From the NCBI RefSeq assembly GCF_964194155.1, contig NC_135898.1:13392001-13456000 (forward strand): 64,000 bases of DNA, in the 5' to 3' direction. Each line of letters opens with the position of its first letter. Within the stretch, counting starts at the first letter, position 1. Both the position numbers and the translations under genes were made by a program. Positions 1-51,191 of the stretch are shown piece after piece. This DNA comes from Cetorhinus maximus (Eukaryota). The notes beneath the pieces are model-generated. The model was not told the origin of the DNA. It did not search any database and saw nothing but the letters and a program-made list of their open reading frames with translations.

Positions 1-440
1 ACCAAAACTTTGTATTTCTCGGCCTTAAATAGAGCATCCACAACTTTCTGGGATAGAGAATTCCAAAGATTCACAACCCTTTGAAGAAATTTCTCCTCAT
101 CTCAGTCACAAATGATCATCCCCATAACTTTGACATTGCCCTATGTTCTAAGTGCCCCAACCAGGGGAAATAAGCTGTCAGTGTCTACCCTGTCAAGCCC
201 TTCAGAATCTTGTGTAGTTTCAATGAGATCACTTCTCATTCTGTGAAACTCCAGGCAGTAATTTTTTTTTTTCACGGGATGTGGGTGTTGCTGGCTCGGC
301 CAGCATTTATTGCCCATTCCTAATTGCCCTTGAGAAGGTGGTGGTGAGCTACCTTCCTGAACCGCTGCAGTCCATGTGGCCAAATGCCCAATTTACTCAG
401 TCTCTCATTCGATAACTCAGTCCAGGAACCAATCTAGTGA
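1..440 (-). mobile_element. CR1 3' fragment with nested LINE-tail insertion (about 260-380)
   Basis: Minus frame SDLIET...GLDRVD...LFPLVG (CR1 C-terminus), interrupted by poly-T plus CACGGGATGTGGG tail. Confidence 0.65.
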
Positions 441-1614
441 ACCTGGAACCTGGAGGCGGTCTTCATGATGGAGAGAATATGGAGTCAGAAGTTCAACTCG
501 GGCAGATAGACAAAAAAGCTGTAAACGGTCTGGTTGAGCCTCAGGCAATTGCCAGGGACAGTAATGAAGTTTATGGCTTGGAGACTGAGTTCACGGCAGG
601 GACTGAAGATAATGCTTCAGTGTTCCCAACGTTTACTTGGAGGGAATTTCTGTTCGTCTAAAACTGGATGTCAGACAAGCAGTGTGACAATCAGAGACAG
701 CGGAGAGGTCAAGGGTGATGATGAGGTGGAGCTTGTTAGTGCGTATATGGGACCCAATGTGTTTTCAAAATGTTATAGTTGGGGATGGTGGGCAAGGGAC
801 AAGATAACCCCTTGGGGGACTGCAGAACTTTTATCACGTTACAAGAATGCGTTCTCTTGCATTTGCCATCCTTCAGTAATGCCATATTTGTAAAATAAAA
901 TATTTGTGACTAACTCACTTTAAATGATTAATAAAGTAACATTGTAGCATCAGTTTCCTGTTAGATGAATAGTGCATTATATTGCTGTAGTCAGACTTGA
1001 ATATGTGCTTTGTATTTCTCAAAATTTAGTTCTTCATTCCATTCAAACACAAGATAAAGGAATACTATAGAAAACAGATTACAACTATAACAGGAATTAA
1101 TGGCATTTTAATGTGAAGTGCAGATCAAAACGCTTTACAACAGATAAGCAAATCAAGATTGTGGACACATAAACTATGTTCCTCAGCTTTGTTCATGTTG
1201 ATTGTCATATTTTGGACTGACATGTATCTCTGTGTATACAGCTTTCATCAGATACATGTGCATGGCAGTTTGCTTTATTTGATATGATCAACATACACAT
1301 TTAAGACCAGTTTGGGGCAACTCCAGGGTAAAGTAGCCATCAGTTAACTTGTTTAGTTTGTGCCAGTAACTTGATTGCATGTATCTCATCAAAGTATATG
1401 AGATATAAACATAGGAGATGGGGTGGTATGGCAAGTTGAAGACACCATTGTACCACTCCAGCCCAAGTTGATGGGAGAACCTTAGGTTCAACTGGCTTTA
1501 ATGGTTACATGTGAAAAAGTTTGATTAATCTAGCTAGTTCCCAGTGCCAATGATTTTCAAAACATAAGCCTAGCAGCAATTCAGCCTGATTTGTCAACAA
1601 GTCATTTTACTTAG

Positions 1615-2542
1615 TGTAAAGGAAAGATCATTTTTCTCCCCCATATTACTGTGGGATACTTTAAAGCAAGCTTGTGGGGGCTATGTTGTGTGTGTTTAAA
1701 CTGCAGACAGTCAGGCTGCAAGGTTTGAATCATCAAGAGGTATTAGGTGTAAAACAAGAATTTGGAAGAGAGATGGATAAACGAGGATGATACAGTAGAT
1801 ACAGTGTGAATGGAATTTGCATTTTTAGATAAATTGAGAGGTTGTTTGATTTTCAAAGGAATATAAGATGTTCACAACTGGCAAGATAAATAGGCAAAGT
1901 TACTAAGTTTATTTTTCCAGAAAGTGCTGACCATAATTACAACATGAAAGATTTTTATATTCTGGGAAAGGTAACTTCCAAAGACAGGTTGAAACAATGA
2001 GATTTACAGATCAAAAGGGAGAAAATATATTTAAAGAAAGAAGATAAGCTGTGTGGGGAGTGGCGTATGAGATCTTGAAAGGAGCCCTGTATGAAACAGA
2101 CCTGTGGGGAAAAGCCTTTTGCCACCCTGGAGAAGTTTGCTGTTCCAGTAACCAAGGTTGTGTTAACTTTGGAGGTCCATTGTTGAGTGAGAGGAAGAGA
2201 GTGGGTGCTTGTGGTAATTTTGCTGGATGTTTTATAGATTAAGAGTCTATTTGGAGCGTTGCCTGAAAGGGGTGTGTAGTTGAAAGTAGTTAAGTCGAAA
2301 TCTGGTGAGAACTATTATAAAACTAAATGTAACTACTCTTGTGTGTTTACTTTTTCTTTTCTTTTGTTAATAAATGTTTTAATTTAATCTTAAAATCTCT
2401 AAAAGTAGTAGTGTACTCATTACTCCTGACTTTAGTGCACAGATCTTTTCATAATAAATACAAATTGCAAAATCGTTGTGCTAGTGTGGCCAAGTTTCCC
2501 TTTGGGATTTGGTCAGCCTGGTAAATACCACCTGCCATATCA
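1615..2542 (+). repeat. Solo-LTR-like interspersed repeat
   Basis: 3' end AATAAATACAAATTGCAAAA...CAAGTTTCCCTTTGGGATTTGG matches the reverse complement of 15240-15330. No ORF. Confidence 0.5.
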
Positions 2543-3727
2543 TTGGTAAATGTGAAGAAATAAGTTTAGCCACGATTGGTAATTTGTTCAAAAATTATAA
2601 AACATTGTCCAGAAAGACTTCAAACTCAATGCAACAAAACACGGATGAAGTAATCTCAAGGTACTTGGATTTCCAACAGTTCTCTCATTGGAGGTGGCAA
2701 CAAACACAATAGCGAAGCATAAAAAGTACTTTAAAACTTAGAACTCAAAGAATGATTGCAGAGGTTAAAAGAAGGGAAACTTCGTACTTGCAGATTGAAT
2801 GTAAAAAGAATATGGAAGACCATGTACTATTTGCTAATCCTACATACACTAAGAACTCCTGGTTAAAGTGCGAGGATCATATTGCAAGATAGCAAAGGTG
2901 GAAAACAGTTGGGGAGAAGCCAAAAAACTGAGGTCTTCCAAAATACTTCACAGCCAACGAAGTACAACAGGAAACAACTGCAGAGCAGACATCAGAGAAG
3001 TACCAATGAAATATCGAAAAGTTATAAACAAAAAAAACTGGAAGCTAAAATCCCTTATCAATTAAGCTTTTATGCAGCCTTCCCATTATACCACCCACAC
3101 TCCTAACCCAGATTTGAGTGTATTGGACTACTGGATGGTTTTAGACTTAAGGAAATTAAACATTATAGGGGGAAGGTGTTTGACAAAATAAACGAAGGCT
3201 CTTGAAATGGCTTTTGTCATTGAAAAATTAATACAATGAGAAGCAATGCTGATTCCAACAACGTCAACAAATGAAAATGGATAAAAAAATGGAGCAAAAG
3301 GCTCGATTTGCAATCCATGAGTAAGGTGAAAGACACTGGGATTTTCAATGCCCCATGAAGGGAATGAAGACAAAAGCAGCTCCGCTGAGTAGAACTGATT
3401 TTGCATACTCTGAAGTTGACAGCTGCACATGATAAACATCAGAAGGGGTTAGAAAAGGAGTAGAGATCATGGGAGACTGCCCCCGAAGTAGAGATCTGGA
3501 GATATTATCCCACCAGCCCATTCCACAACTTTGCCACCAAGATCAGAGCACAGTGGAGAGTTTTGCGCCAGGAAGCAAATGAGATGAGCAGTTTTGGCAG
3601 CTTTAAGTCAGAAAAAGTTCTGGCATCCATTTCCGTGTCGGACAGGGAGCCAGACAGGAAAGATTGGTCAAGACAGGAAGTCAGACAGCGTGATGGCAAA
3701 AGGTGAATCGCATCCAACTTGACTTAG

Positions 3728-5306
3728 TTCCAGTCCTACTCCGGCCCCCTCCCACAACTCTTTCTCTGGTACATCGATGATTACTTCGGTGCGGCTTCAT
3801 GCTCTCGTCGGGACCTGGAAAAATTTATTAATTTTGCTTCCAATCTCCACCCCTCCATCATTTTCACTTGGTCCATCTCTGACACTTCCCTTCCCTTCCT
3901 TGACCTCTTTGTCTCAATTTCTGATGATAGACTGTCCACCAATATCCATTACAAGCCTACCGACTCCCACAGCTACCTCGACTACAGCTCCTCACACCCC
4001 GCTTCCTGTAAGGACTCCATCCCATTCTCTCAGTTCCTTCGCCTCCGTCGCATCTGTTCTGATGACGCTACCTTCAAAAACAGTTCCTCTGACATGTCCT
4101 CCTCCTTCCTTAACCGAGGTTTTCCACCCACGGTCGTTGACAGGGCCCTCAATCGTGTCCGGCCCATCTCCCACGCATCTGCCCTCACACCTTCTCCCTC
4201 CCAGAAACATGATAGGGTCCCCCTTGTCCTCACTTATCACCCCACCAGCCTCCGCATTCAAAGGATCATCCCCCGCCATTTCTGCCAACTCCAGCATGAT
4301 GCCACCACCAAACACATCTTCCCTTCACCCCCCCGGCGGCATTCCGTAGGGATCGTTCCCTCCGGGACACCTTGGTCCACTCCTCCATCACCCCCTACTC
4401 CTCAACCCCCACCTATGGCACCTCCCCATGCCCACGCAGAAGATGCAACACCTGCCCCTTCACTTCCTCTCTCCTCACCGTCCAAGGGCCCAAACACTCC
4501 TTTCAAGTGAAGCAGCATTTCACTTGCATTTCCCCTAACTTAGTCTACTGCATTCGTTGCTCCCAATGCGGTCTCCTCTACATTGGAGAGACCAAACGCA
4601 AACTGGGCGACCGCTTTGCAGAACACCTGCGGTCTGTCCGCAAGAAAGACCCAAACCTCCCTGTCGCTTGCCATTTTAACACTCCACCCTGCTCTCTTGC
4701 CCACATGTCTGGCCTTGGCTTGCTGCATTGTTCCAGTGAAGCCCAACGCAAACTGGAGGAACAGCACCTCATCTTCCGACTAGGCACTTTACAGCCTTCT
4801 GGGCTGAATATTGAATTCAACAACTTTAGATCTTAAACTCCCTCCCCCCATTTCCGTTTCTTCCCCCCTCCTTTTGTTTTTTCCAATAATTTATATAGAT
4901 TTTTCTTTTCCCACCTATTTCCATTATTTTTAAATCTATAACTGTAATACCCTGTCAGTCTTTCCACCCCACCCCACCCCACCCCGACTAGAGCTGTACC
5001 TTGAGTGTCCTGCCATCCATTCTTAATTAGCACATTCTCTTAGATAATATCACCACCTTTAACACCTCTCTGTTCCTTTGTCTGTGACATCTTTTGATTA
5101 TCTGCTCCTATCACTGCCTGCTTGTCCCTACAACCACCCCCCTCCCCCAACTTCTCCCCCCCCCCCCCCCCCCCCACTATTTCACCCCTCCTAACTATAC
5201 TCAGTTCTGCTGAAGGGTCACGATGACTCGAAACGTCAACTCTTTTCCTCTCCGCCGATGCTGCCAGACCTGCTGAGTTTTTCCAGGTAATTCTGTTTTT
5301 GTTTTT
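3728..5306 (+). mobile_element. Penelope-like retroelement, 5'-truncated (RT C-terminus + GIY-YIG endonuclease + 3' tail with hammerhead motif)
   Basis: ORF 4372-4836 has C-x-RRRCNTC...VYCIRCSQCGLLYIGETKRKLGDRFAEH (GIY-YIG). Upstream frames encode YIDDYF and the RT thumb/linker with frameshifts. Closely similar to the element at 49005-51191. Confidence 0.92.
5203..5241 (+). ncRNA. Minimal hammerhead ribozyme motif in Penelope tail
   Basis: AGUU-CUGCUGA-A-GGGUCA(CGA)UGACUC-GAAA-C-GUC-AACU: stem I AGUU/AACU, 6-bp stem II, GAAAC-GUC cleavage triplet. Confidence 0.7.
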
Positions 5307-5499
5307 GACTTTGTGTCTCCTGCCTGAAGTTGCACTCAGGACAAGTCTCCAGCTAATCCGGGACAAGCAATGTCACTCAGATAGCTTAATTCGTGTTATT
5401 CACAAAGAACCGGAGGCAGGATAAAATAATCGCAGTCCAACTTAATTTCCAATAACCCCGCCACCCCCTTTCACCTCCCTCCCCCCCACCCCCGGGGGT

Positions 5500-5829
5500 C
5501 CCGCAAATGGTGGGACGGCGTCTAAAATGGCGGTCGAGTGAGCGGTAACAACCTGTTCATAGTCAGGAGCGGGGCCATTATTCTGCCCACAGAACGATTA
5601 AAAAAAAAACAATCTTGGCCACGCAAACCCTCCTCATTCATCAACGGGGGAGGAGGGGAAAAAAAGGACTCACGAATGTGAAGTGATGTCGGTCCGAGGA
5701 CGGCGCGTTTTCCTCCACCTTTGACAGGCCCGTTGCCATGGAGACCGCCCCGGTGCTCACCCGGAAGCGGAAGCCGCTGCCGCCGGAGGTCAGGTTCCAG
5801 CGCCATCGGGCCGAAACAGAGCTGCAGTC
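5500..5829 (+). promoter_or_regulatory. CpG-rich TATA-less promoter/5' UTR of SNRNP200
   Basis: Local CpG enrichment, a YY1-type AAAATGGCGG (about 5524-5533) and tandem ETS-type CCGGAAGCGGAAG (5761-5773) just upstream of the ATG. Confidence 0.7.
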
Positions 5830-44501
<38,672 letters not shown>

Positions 44502-44979
44502 ACATCCAGATCCAAATCTGTGGCTCTGCAAAGACTGCTGTTATTAAGATCTCCCAAGATCCACATGCACATTGTATCTCATTTCAGAAATGTGGCATTG
44601 AACTACTGCACTATTTAACTCATGTGCATAGTAAAGAACCTTGACGATTTTAATGTAGATTTTCTTTCGCAATTAATATGTAACATCTTTGTTCAAATGT
44701 GGCATCGGAGAAACAAAAGTGATGAGTAAATGACTGCATTTGGCTACTGCAGTTTAGACTGTGAATTTTAGGTTACTATAGTAAAGTGTGTAAAACGTGT
44801 TTCAAGAATTTCAGTTGAACCAAGATTTAGCCAGATGCTTTTTTTGCTGCAAAAAGTCCTTTCATAATTTGTACAGTTTATATGGTGAAGTTTTGTTAAG
44901 TGTAAGAGTGAGTTGTGAGAGGTCTGTACCCCGTGTGTAATCTTGCACATTCCTACTCGGTCAATGAGAAGTTCGCCCA

Positions 44980-44985
44980 AATAAA
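44980..44985 (+). terminator. Probable SNRNP200 polyadenylation signal
   Basis: AATAAA about 480 nt after the stop, followed by ATTAAA and T-rich sequence. Confidence 0.6.
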
Positions 44986-45240
44986 ATATTAAACGTTTAA
45001 TTTTAAGTCCATTCGGTTCTCTCATTTGAACAAATGAGTGCCTTGTGCCACAGTTACAGTTCCCAAACTCCAGGATCTCGGAATTGCCGAGAGAGTTGTT
45101 AAGCTATTACTTTTCTCTTGTATTCAGTTCCCTCACATTTATTCACAGGAAAAAGATTAGCATTATCGTTGTCAATCTGTTGGGCACAGTCATACAGATT
45201 ATAAAACTTAATGCAAACCAGACATTTAAGTTTTCCCCAA

Positions 45241-45380
45241 GATAAAAGCAAAATACTGCAGATGCTGGAAATATGAAATAAAAACAATAAATGCTGGAAA
45301 GACTCAGCAGGTCTGACAGCATCTGTGGAGAGAGAAACAGAGTTAAAGTTTCGAGGCCGCACAACTCTTCTTCAGAGCTC
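45241..45380 (-). mobile_element. Short Penelope-tail element with canonical-core hammerhead motif
   Basis: Minus strand GAGCU-CUGAAGA-A-GAGUU(GUGCG)GCCUC-GAAA-C-UUU-AACUC followed by the full family tail. Confidence 0.75.
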
Positions 45381-45859
45381 CACCATTTTCTGTTTTTAAG
45401 TTTCCCAACTGAGCTCCAGACTTGAAATTCAGTATCAATGACCATCAGTTGGTAACGACAATTTCTGATCCTTGCATCCAAATTGAAAGACTTCGCGCCC
45501 TTTCTCCATTTCCCCCCACCTCCCCCATTCAATGCCATCTGCCACAGTTTTGTTCATCTCTGCCCCCTCCCCACCTTTCAGTAACGCAGGTTCACCTCTG
45601 GTAGCAAATGTGACTTGGATTTCAGTCATATTGCCAGTGTAGGATGTGATGTGATTTCTCTCCAATAAATATTCCTCCTTGTCCCACCCACAACAGACTT
45701 GGTGTTTTGAAGAAAATGAACCACTTAATCTTAAATGGACCCCATAACCAGCTATCAACCATTTAAGTGGAAATGAGTATGATGAGCATGCTCATCGAAT
45801 GCTCAGTTTGGGTTCTGCCAGTCAGCTCGTGACTTAACTTTTACACTTTTGGTCCAAAC

Positions 45860-46975
45860 ATGGACAAAAGAGATGAACTGGTGAGGTGAGTGTGCTAGTC
45901 CTTGACATCAAGACAGCATTTGATTGAATGTGGCATCAGAGCCTGAGCAAAATTGAAGTCAATGGGAATTAGGGAAAACTCTTTGGATGGTAGTCATACC
46001 AAGCACACAGATGATAGTTATGGTTCTTGGGGGTCAATCATCTCAGTCCCCGAACATTGCTACAGGAAATTCTCATGGTCGTGTCCTCAGCCCAACCGTC
46101 TTCAACTGTTTCATCAATGACCTTCCCTCCATCATAAGATCAGAGTGGGGATGTTCGCACAATGTTCAGCATCGTTCACAACTCCCAGTCTGTGCCTATA
46201 CAAAGCAAGACTGAGACAACATTCAGGCTTGGACTGAGGTGGCAAATAAGATTTGTGCCACACAATGACCATCTCCAACAAGATAATCCAGCCATCTGTT
46301 GACATTCAATGGCATTACCATCGCTGAATCCCCACTATCAACATCCTTGTGGGTACTATTGACCCAAAACAACTTGACCAGCCAAGAAAATACTGTGGCT
46401 GCAAAAGCAGGATAAAGGCTCGGAATACTGTGGAGTAACTCGGCTCCTGACTCCCCAAAGCCTGTCCAAGATCTACAAGACAAATCAGGAGTGTAACAGA
46501 ATTCTCACCCACTTGCCTCCATGAACTCAGCTGCAGCTTGATACATGCAGGACAAAGCAAGTCGTTTGCTTGGCACCCCGTTTACCAACTTCAAAAATGA
46601 ACTTTCTCCACCATAGACGCAGTGACAGCATTGTGTACCATCTACAATATGCACTGTAGAAATTCACATGGTTCCTTAAATAGATCCATCCCAACGCGCA
46701 ACCTCTTACCACCAAGGACAAGGGGAGCAGATGCATGGAAACACCACCACCTACAAGTTGTCCTACAAGCCACACACCATTCTGACTGGGAACAAGATCA
46801 CTGTTCTCTGACTGTCGCTAGGTCAAAATCCTTGAACTCCCATACTAACAGCACTGTGGGTGTACCTACATTTGGTGGACTGGAGCATTTCAACAAAGGT
46901 GGCTCACCATCACCTCAGGGGTCGTCAATTAGAGATGGGCTTGCCTGCAACACATCCTGTGGAAGAATAAAAACT
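45860..46975 (+). mobile_element. Decayed L2/CR1-group LINE 3' portion
   Basis: RT remnant (VLSPTVFNCFINDLPSIIRSE) and tail CACATCCTGTGGAAGAATAAAAA. The same tail occurs at 260-380(-), 16410-16780(-), 17700-17885(+) and 63200-63362(+). Confidence 0.7.
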
Positions 46976-49004
46976 AAATGGCAATTAATAACTGCCTCTT
47001 AACCTCCTGTTGTATCATTATTAATGTGCAAACTAAAATGGCAGGGAGATGGGAACCTATGCAAGGAGTCAGAGGAGAGGGAGTCAAGGACAAGAACAAA
47101 AGACGGGGGAATAACAAAAGTGATAGGCAGAGAAATCAAGGGCAAGAATCAAACAGGGCCTCAGTGAAAAATAGTGGGAACGGGACAAGTAATGTTAAAA
47201 AGACAAGCCTTAAGGCTTTGTGCCTTGCTGCGAGGAGCATTTGCAACAAAATGGATGAATTAACCACACAAATAGATGTAAACAGGTGTGATATAGTTGG
47301 AGACATGGCTGCAGGGTGACCAGGGATAGGAACTGAACATCCAGGGGTATTCAGTATTTAGGAAGAACAGACAAAAAGGAAAAAGCGGTGGAATTGCATT
47401 GCTGGTTAAAGAGGAAATTAATGCAATAGGGAGGAAGGATATTAGCTCCAACGATGTGGAACCTGTATGGGTAGAGCTGAGAAATACTAAGGCAAAAAAC
47501 TTTAGTGGGGGTTGGAAATATACCCCCAAACTGTAGTGGCGATGTTGGGAATAGCATTAAACGAGAAATTAGAGACGCATGCAATAAAGGAACATCTGTA
47601 ATTATGGGTGACTTTAATAGATTGTATATAGATTGGGCAAATCAAATTTGTAACAATACCATAGAGGAGTGTATATGGGATGGTTTTCTGGACCAATACA
47701 TTGAGGAACCAGCTGGAGAACAGGCCATCCTAGACTGTGTATTGTGTAATGAGAAGAAATAATTGGCAATCTAGTTGTGCGAGGCCCCTTGGGGATGAGC
47801 GACCATAGTATGATAGAATTCTTCATCAAGATGGAGAGTGACGTAATTGATTCTGAGACTAGGGTCCTGAATCTGAATAAAGGAAACTACGATGGTATGA
47901 GGCGTGAGTTGGCTATAATGGATTGGGAAACGTTACTTAAAGGGATGACGGTGGATAGGCAATGGCAAACGTTCAAAGAGCGCATGGGTGAACTGCAACA
48001 ATTCTTTGGTGCAAAAGTAAAATAGCAAAGGTGGCCAAACCATGGTTTACAAGGGAAATTAGAGATAGTATTAGATCCAAGGAAGAGGTATACAAATTGG
48101 CCAGAAAAAAACAACAGAGCTGAAGATTGGGAGCACTTTAGAATTCAGCGAAGGAGGACCAAGGGATTGATTAAGGGGAAAATAGAGTACGAGAATAAGC
48201 TTGCGGGGAACATAAAAACTGACTGTAAAAGTTTCTATAGGTATGTGAAGAGAAAAAGATTGGTGAAGACAAATGTAGGTCCCTTAGTCAGAAACAGGGG
48301 AATTTATAATGGGGAACAAAGAAATGGCTGACCAACTAAATACATACTTTGGTTCTGTCTACACAAAGGAGGATACAAATAACATACCAGAAATGTTGGA
48401 GAACACAGGGTTTAGGGAGAGGGAGGAACTGAAAGAAATCAGTATTCATAGGGAAATGGTGTTGGAGAAATTGATGGGATTGAAGGCCGATAAATCCCCA
48501 GGGCCTGATAATCTACATCCCAGAGTACTTAAGGAAGTGGCCCTAGAAATAGTGGATGCATTGGTGGCCATCTTTTGAGATTCTATAGACTCTGGAACAG
48601 TTCCTACAGATTGGAGGGTAGCTAATGTAATCCCACTATTTAAACATGTAGGTAGAGAGAAAACAGGGAATTATAGACCAGTCAGCCTGACATGGGTAGT
48701 GGGGAAAATTCTAGAGTCCATTATGAAAGATTTTATTAGCTGAGCACTTGGAATCAGAGTCAGCATGGATTTACAAAAGGGAAATCATGCTTGACAAATC
48801 TACTAGAATTTTTCAAGAATGTAACTAGTAGAGTTGATGAGGGGGAGCCAGTGGATGTGGTTCATTTGGACTTTCAGAAGGCTTTCAACAAAGTCCCATT
48901 TAAGAGATTAGCATGTAAAATTAAAGCGCATGGGATTGGGGGTAGTGTATTGAGATGGATAGAAAACTGGTTGGCAGACAGGAAACAAAGAGTAGGAATA
49001 AACG

Positions 49005-51191
49005 AAAACAAAAACAAAAATACCTGGAAAAACTCAGCAGGTCTGGCAGCATCTGCGGAGAGGAGCACAGTTAATGTTTCGAGTCTAAATGACCCTTCAA
49101 CAGAACTAAGTAAAAATAGAAGAGAGGTGAAATATAAATTGGTTTAAGGAGAGGGAATGGGGTGGGGGGACAAATAGAGCTGGATAGAGGGCCAGTGATA
49201 GGTGGAGATAACCAGAAGATGTCACAGACAAAAAGACAAAGAGGTGTTGAAGGTGGTGATATTATCTAAGAAATATGCTAATTAAGGGTAGAAAGCAGGA
49301 CAAGCAAGGTACAGATAGCCCTAGTGGGAGTGGGGTGGGGGGAAGGGATCAAAATAGGCTGAAAGGTAGAGATAAAACAATGGATGGAAATACATTTAAA
49401 AATAATGGAAGTAGGTGGGAAAAGAAAAATCTATATAAATTATTGGAAAAAAAAAGGGGGGAAATCAGAAAGGGGGTGGGGATGGAGGAGAGAGTTCATG
49501 ATCTAAAATTGTTGAACTCAATATTCAGTCCGGAAGGCTGTAAAGTGCCTAGTCTGAAGCGTTGAGTTTCACTGGAACAATGCAGCAAGCCAAGGACGGA
49601 CATGTGGGCATGAGAGCAGGGTGGAGTGTTGAAATGGCAAGCGACAGGGAGGTCTGGGTAATGCTTGTGGACAGACCGAAGGTGTTCTGCAAAGCAGTCA
49701 CCTAGTCTGCGTTTGGTCTCTCCAATATACAGGAAACCGCATTGGGAGCAGCGAATGCAGTAGACTAAATTGAGGGAAGTGCAAGTGAAATGCTGCTTCA
49801 CTTGAAAGGAGTGTTTGGGCCCTTGGACGGTGAGGAGAGGGGAAGGGGCAGGTGTTGCACCTTCTGTGGTTGCATGGGAAGGTGCCATGGGAGGGGGTTG
49901 AGGTGTAGGGGGTGATGGAGGAGTGGACCAGGGTGTCCCAGAGGGAACGATCCCTACGGAATGCCGCCGGGGGCGGTGAAGGGAAGATGTGTTTGGTGGT
50001 GGCATCATGCGCGAGTTGGCGGAGGATGATCCTTTGAATGTGGAGGCTGGTGGGGTGATAAGTGAGGACAAGGAGGACCCTATCATGTTTCTGGGAGGGA
50101 GAAGAAGGTGTGAGGGCGGATGCGTGGGAGATGGGCCAGACACGGTTGAGGGCCCTGTCAACCACCGTGGGCGGAAACCTCGGTTAAGGAAGAAGGAGGA
50201 TATGTCAGATGAACTGTTTTTGTTAAAGTGGCATCATCAGAACAGATGCGACGGAGGCGAAGGAACTGAGAGAATGGGATGGAGTCCTTACAGGAAGCGG
50301 GGTGTGAGGAGCTGTAGTCAAAGTAGCTGTGGGAGTCGGGAGGCTTGTAATGGATATTGGTGGACAGTCTATCACCAGAAATTGAGACAGAGAGGTCAAG
50401 GAAGGGAAGGGAAGTGTCAGGGATGGACCATGTGAAAATGATGGAGGGGTGGAAATTGGAAGCAAAATTAATAAATTTTTCCAGGTCCAGACAAGAGCAT
50501 GAAGTAGTACCGAAGTAATCATCGATGTACCGGAGAAAGAGTTGTGGGAGGGGGCTGGTGTAGGTCTGGAACAAGGAATGTTCCACGTACCCCATAAAGA
50601 GACAGGCATAGCTGGGGCCCATGTGGGTACCCATAGTCACACCTTTTATTTGGAGGAAGTGAGAGGAGTTTAAGGAGAAATTGTTCAGTGTGAGAACAAG
50701 TTCAGCCAGATGGAGGAGGGTAATGGTGGATGGGGATTGTTCGGGCCTCTGTTCGAGGAAGAAGCGGAGAGCCATCAAACCATCCCGGTGGGGGATGGAG
50801 GTGTAGAGGGATTGGACGTCCATGGTGAAGAGGAGGCAGTTGGAGCCAGGGAACTGGAAGTTGTTGATATGATGTAGGGTGTCAGAGGAATCACAGATGT
50901 AGGTGGGAAGGGACTGGACAAGGGGAGAGAGAATGGAGTCAAGATAGCAAGAAATGAGTTCCGTGGGGCAGGAACAGGCTGACACGATCGGTCTGCCGGG
51001 ACAGTCCTGTTCGTGGATTTTGGGTAGGAGGTAGAAGCGGGCCGTCTGAGGTTGGGAGACTATCAGGTTGGAAGCTGTGGAAGGAAGATCTCCAGAGGAG
51101 ATGAGGTCAGTAACAGTCCTGGAAACAATGGCTTGATAGTCAGTGGTGGGGTCATGGTCCAGGGGGAGGTAGGAGGAAGTTTCTGTGAGGT
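49005..51191 (-). mobile_element. Penelope-like retroelement nested inside a CR1 LINE
   Basis: RT in ORF 50158-51267 (FYLLPKIH...PGRPIVS...MDVQSLYTSIPH...GVTMGTHMGPSYA...RYIDDYF) and GIY-YIG in ORF 49496-50161. It interrupts CR1 RT sequence between ...GGAATAAACG (49004) and ACGGATC (51192). Confidence 0.93.
49069..49107 (-). ncRNA. Minimal hammerhead ribozyme motif in Penelope tail (degenerate)
   Basis: Minus strand reads AGUU-CUGUUGA-A-GGGUC(AUUUA)GACUC-GAAA-C-AUU-AACU. Confidence 0.6.
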
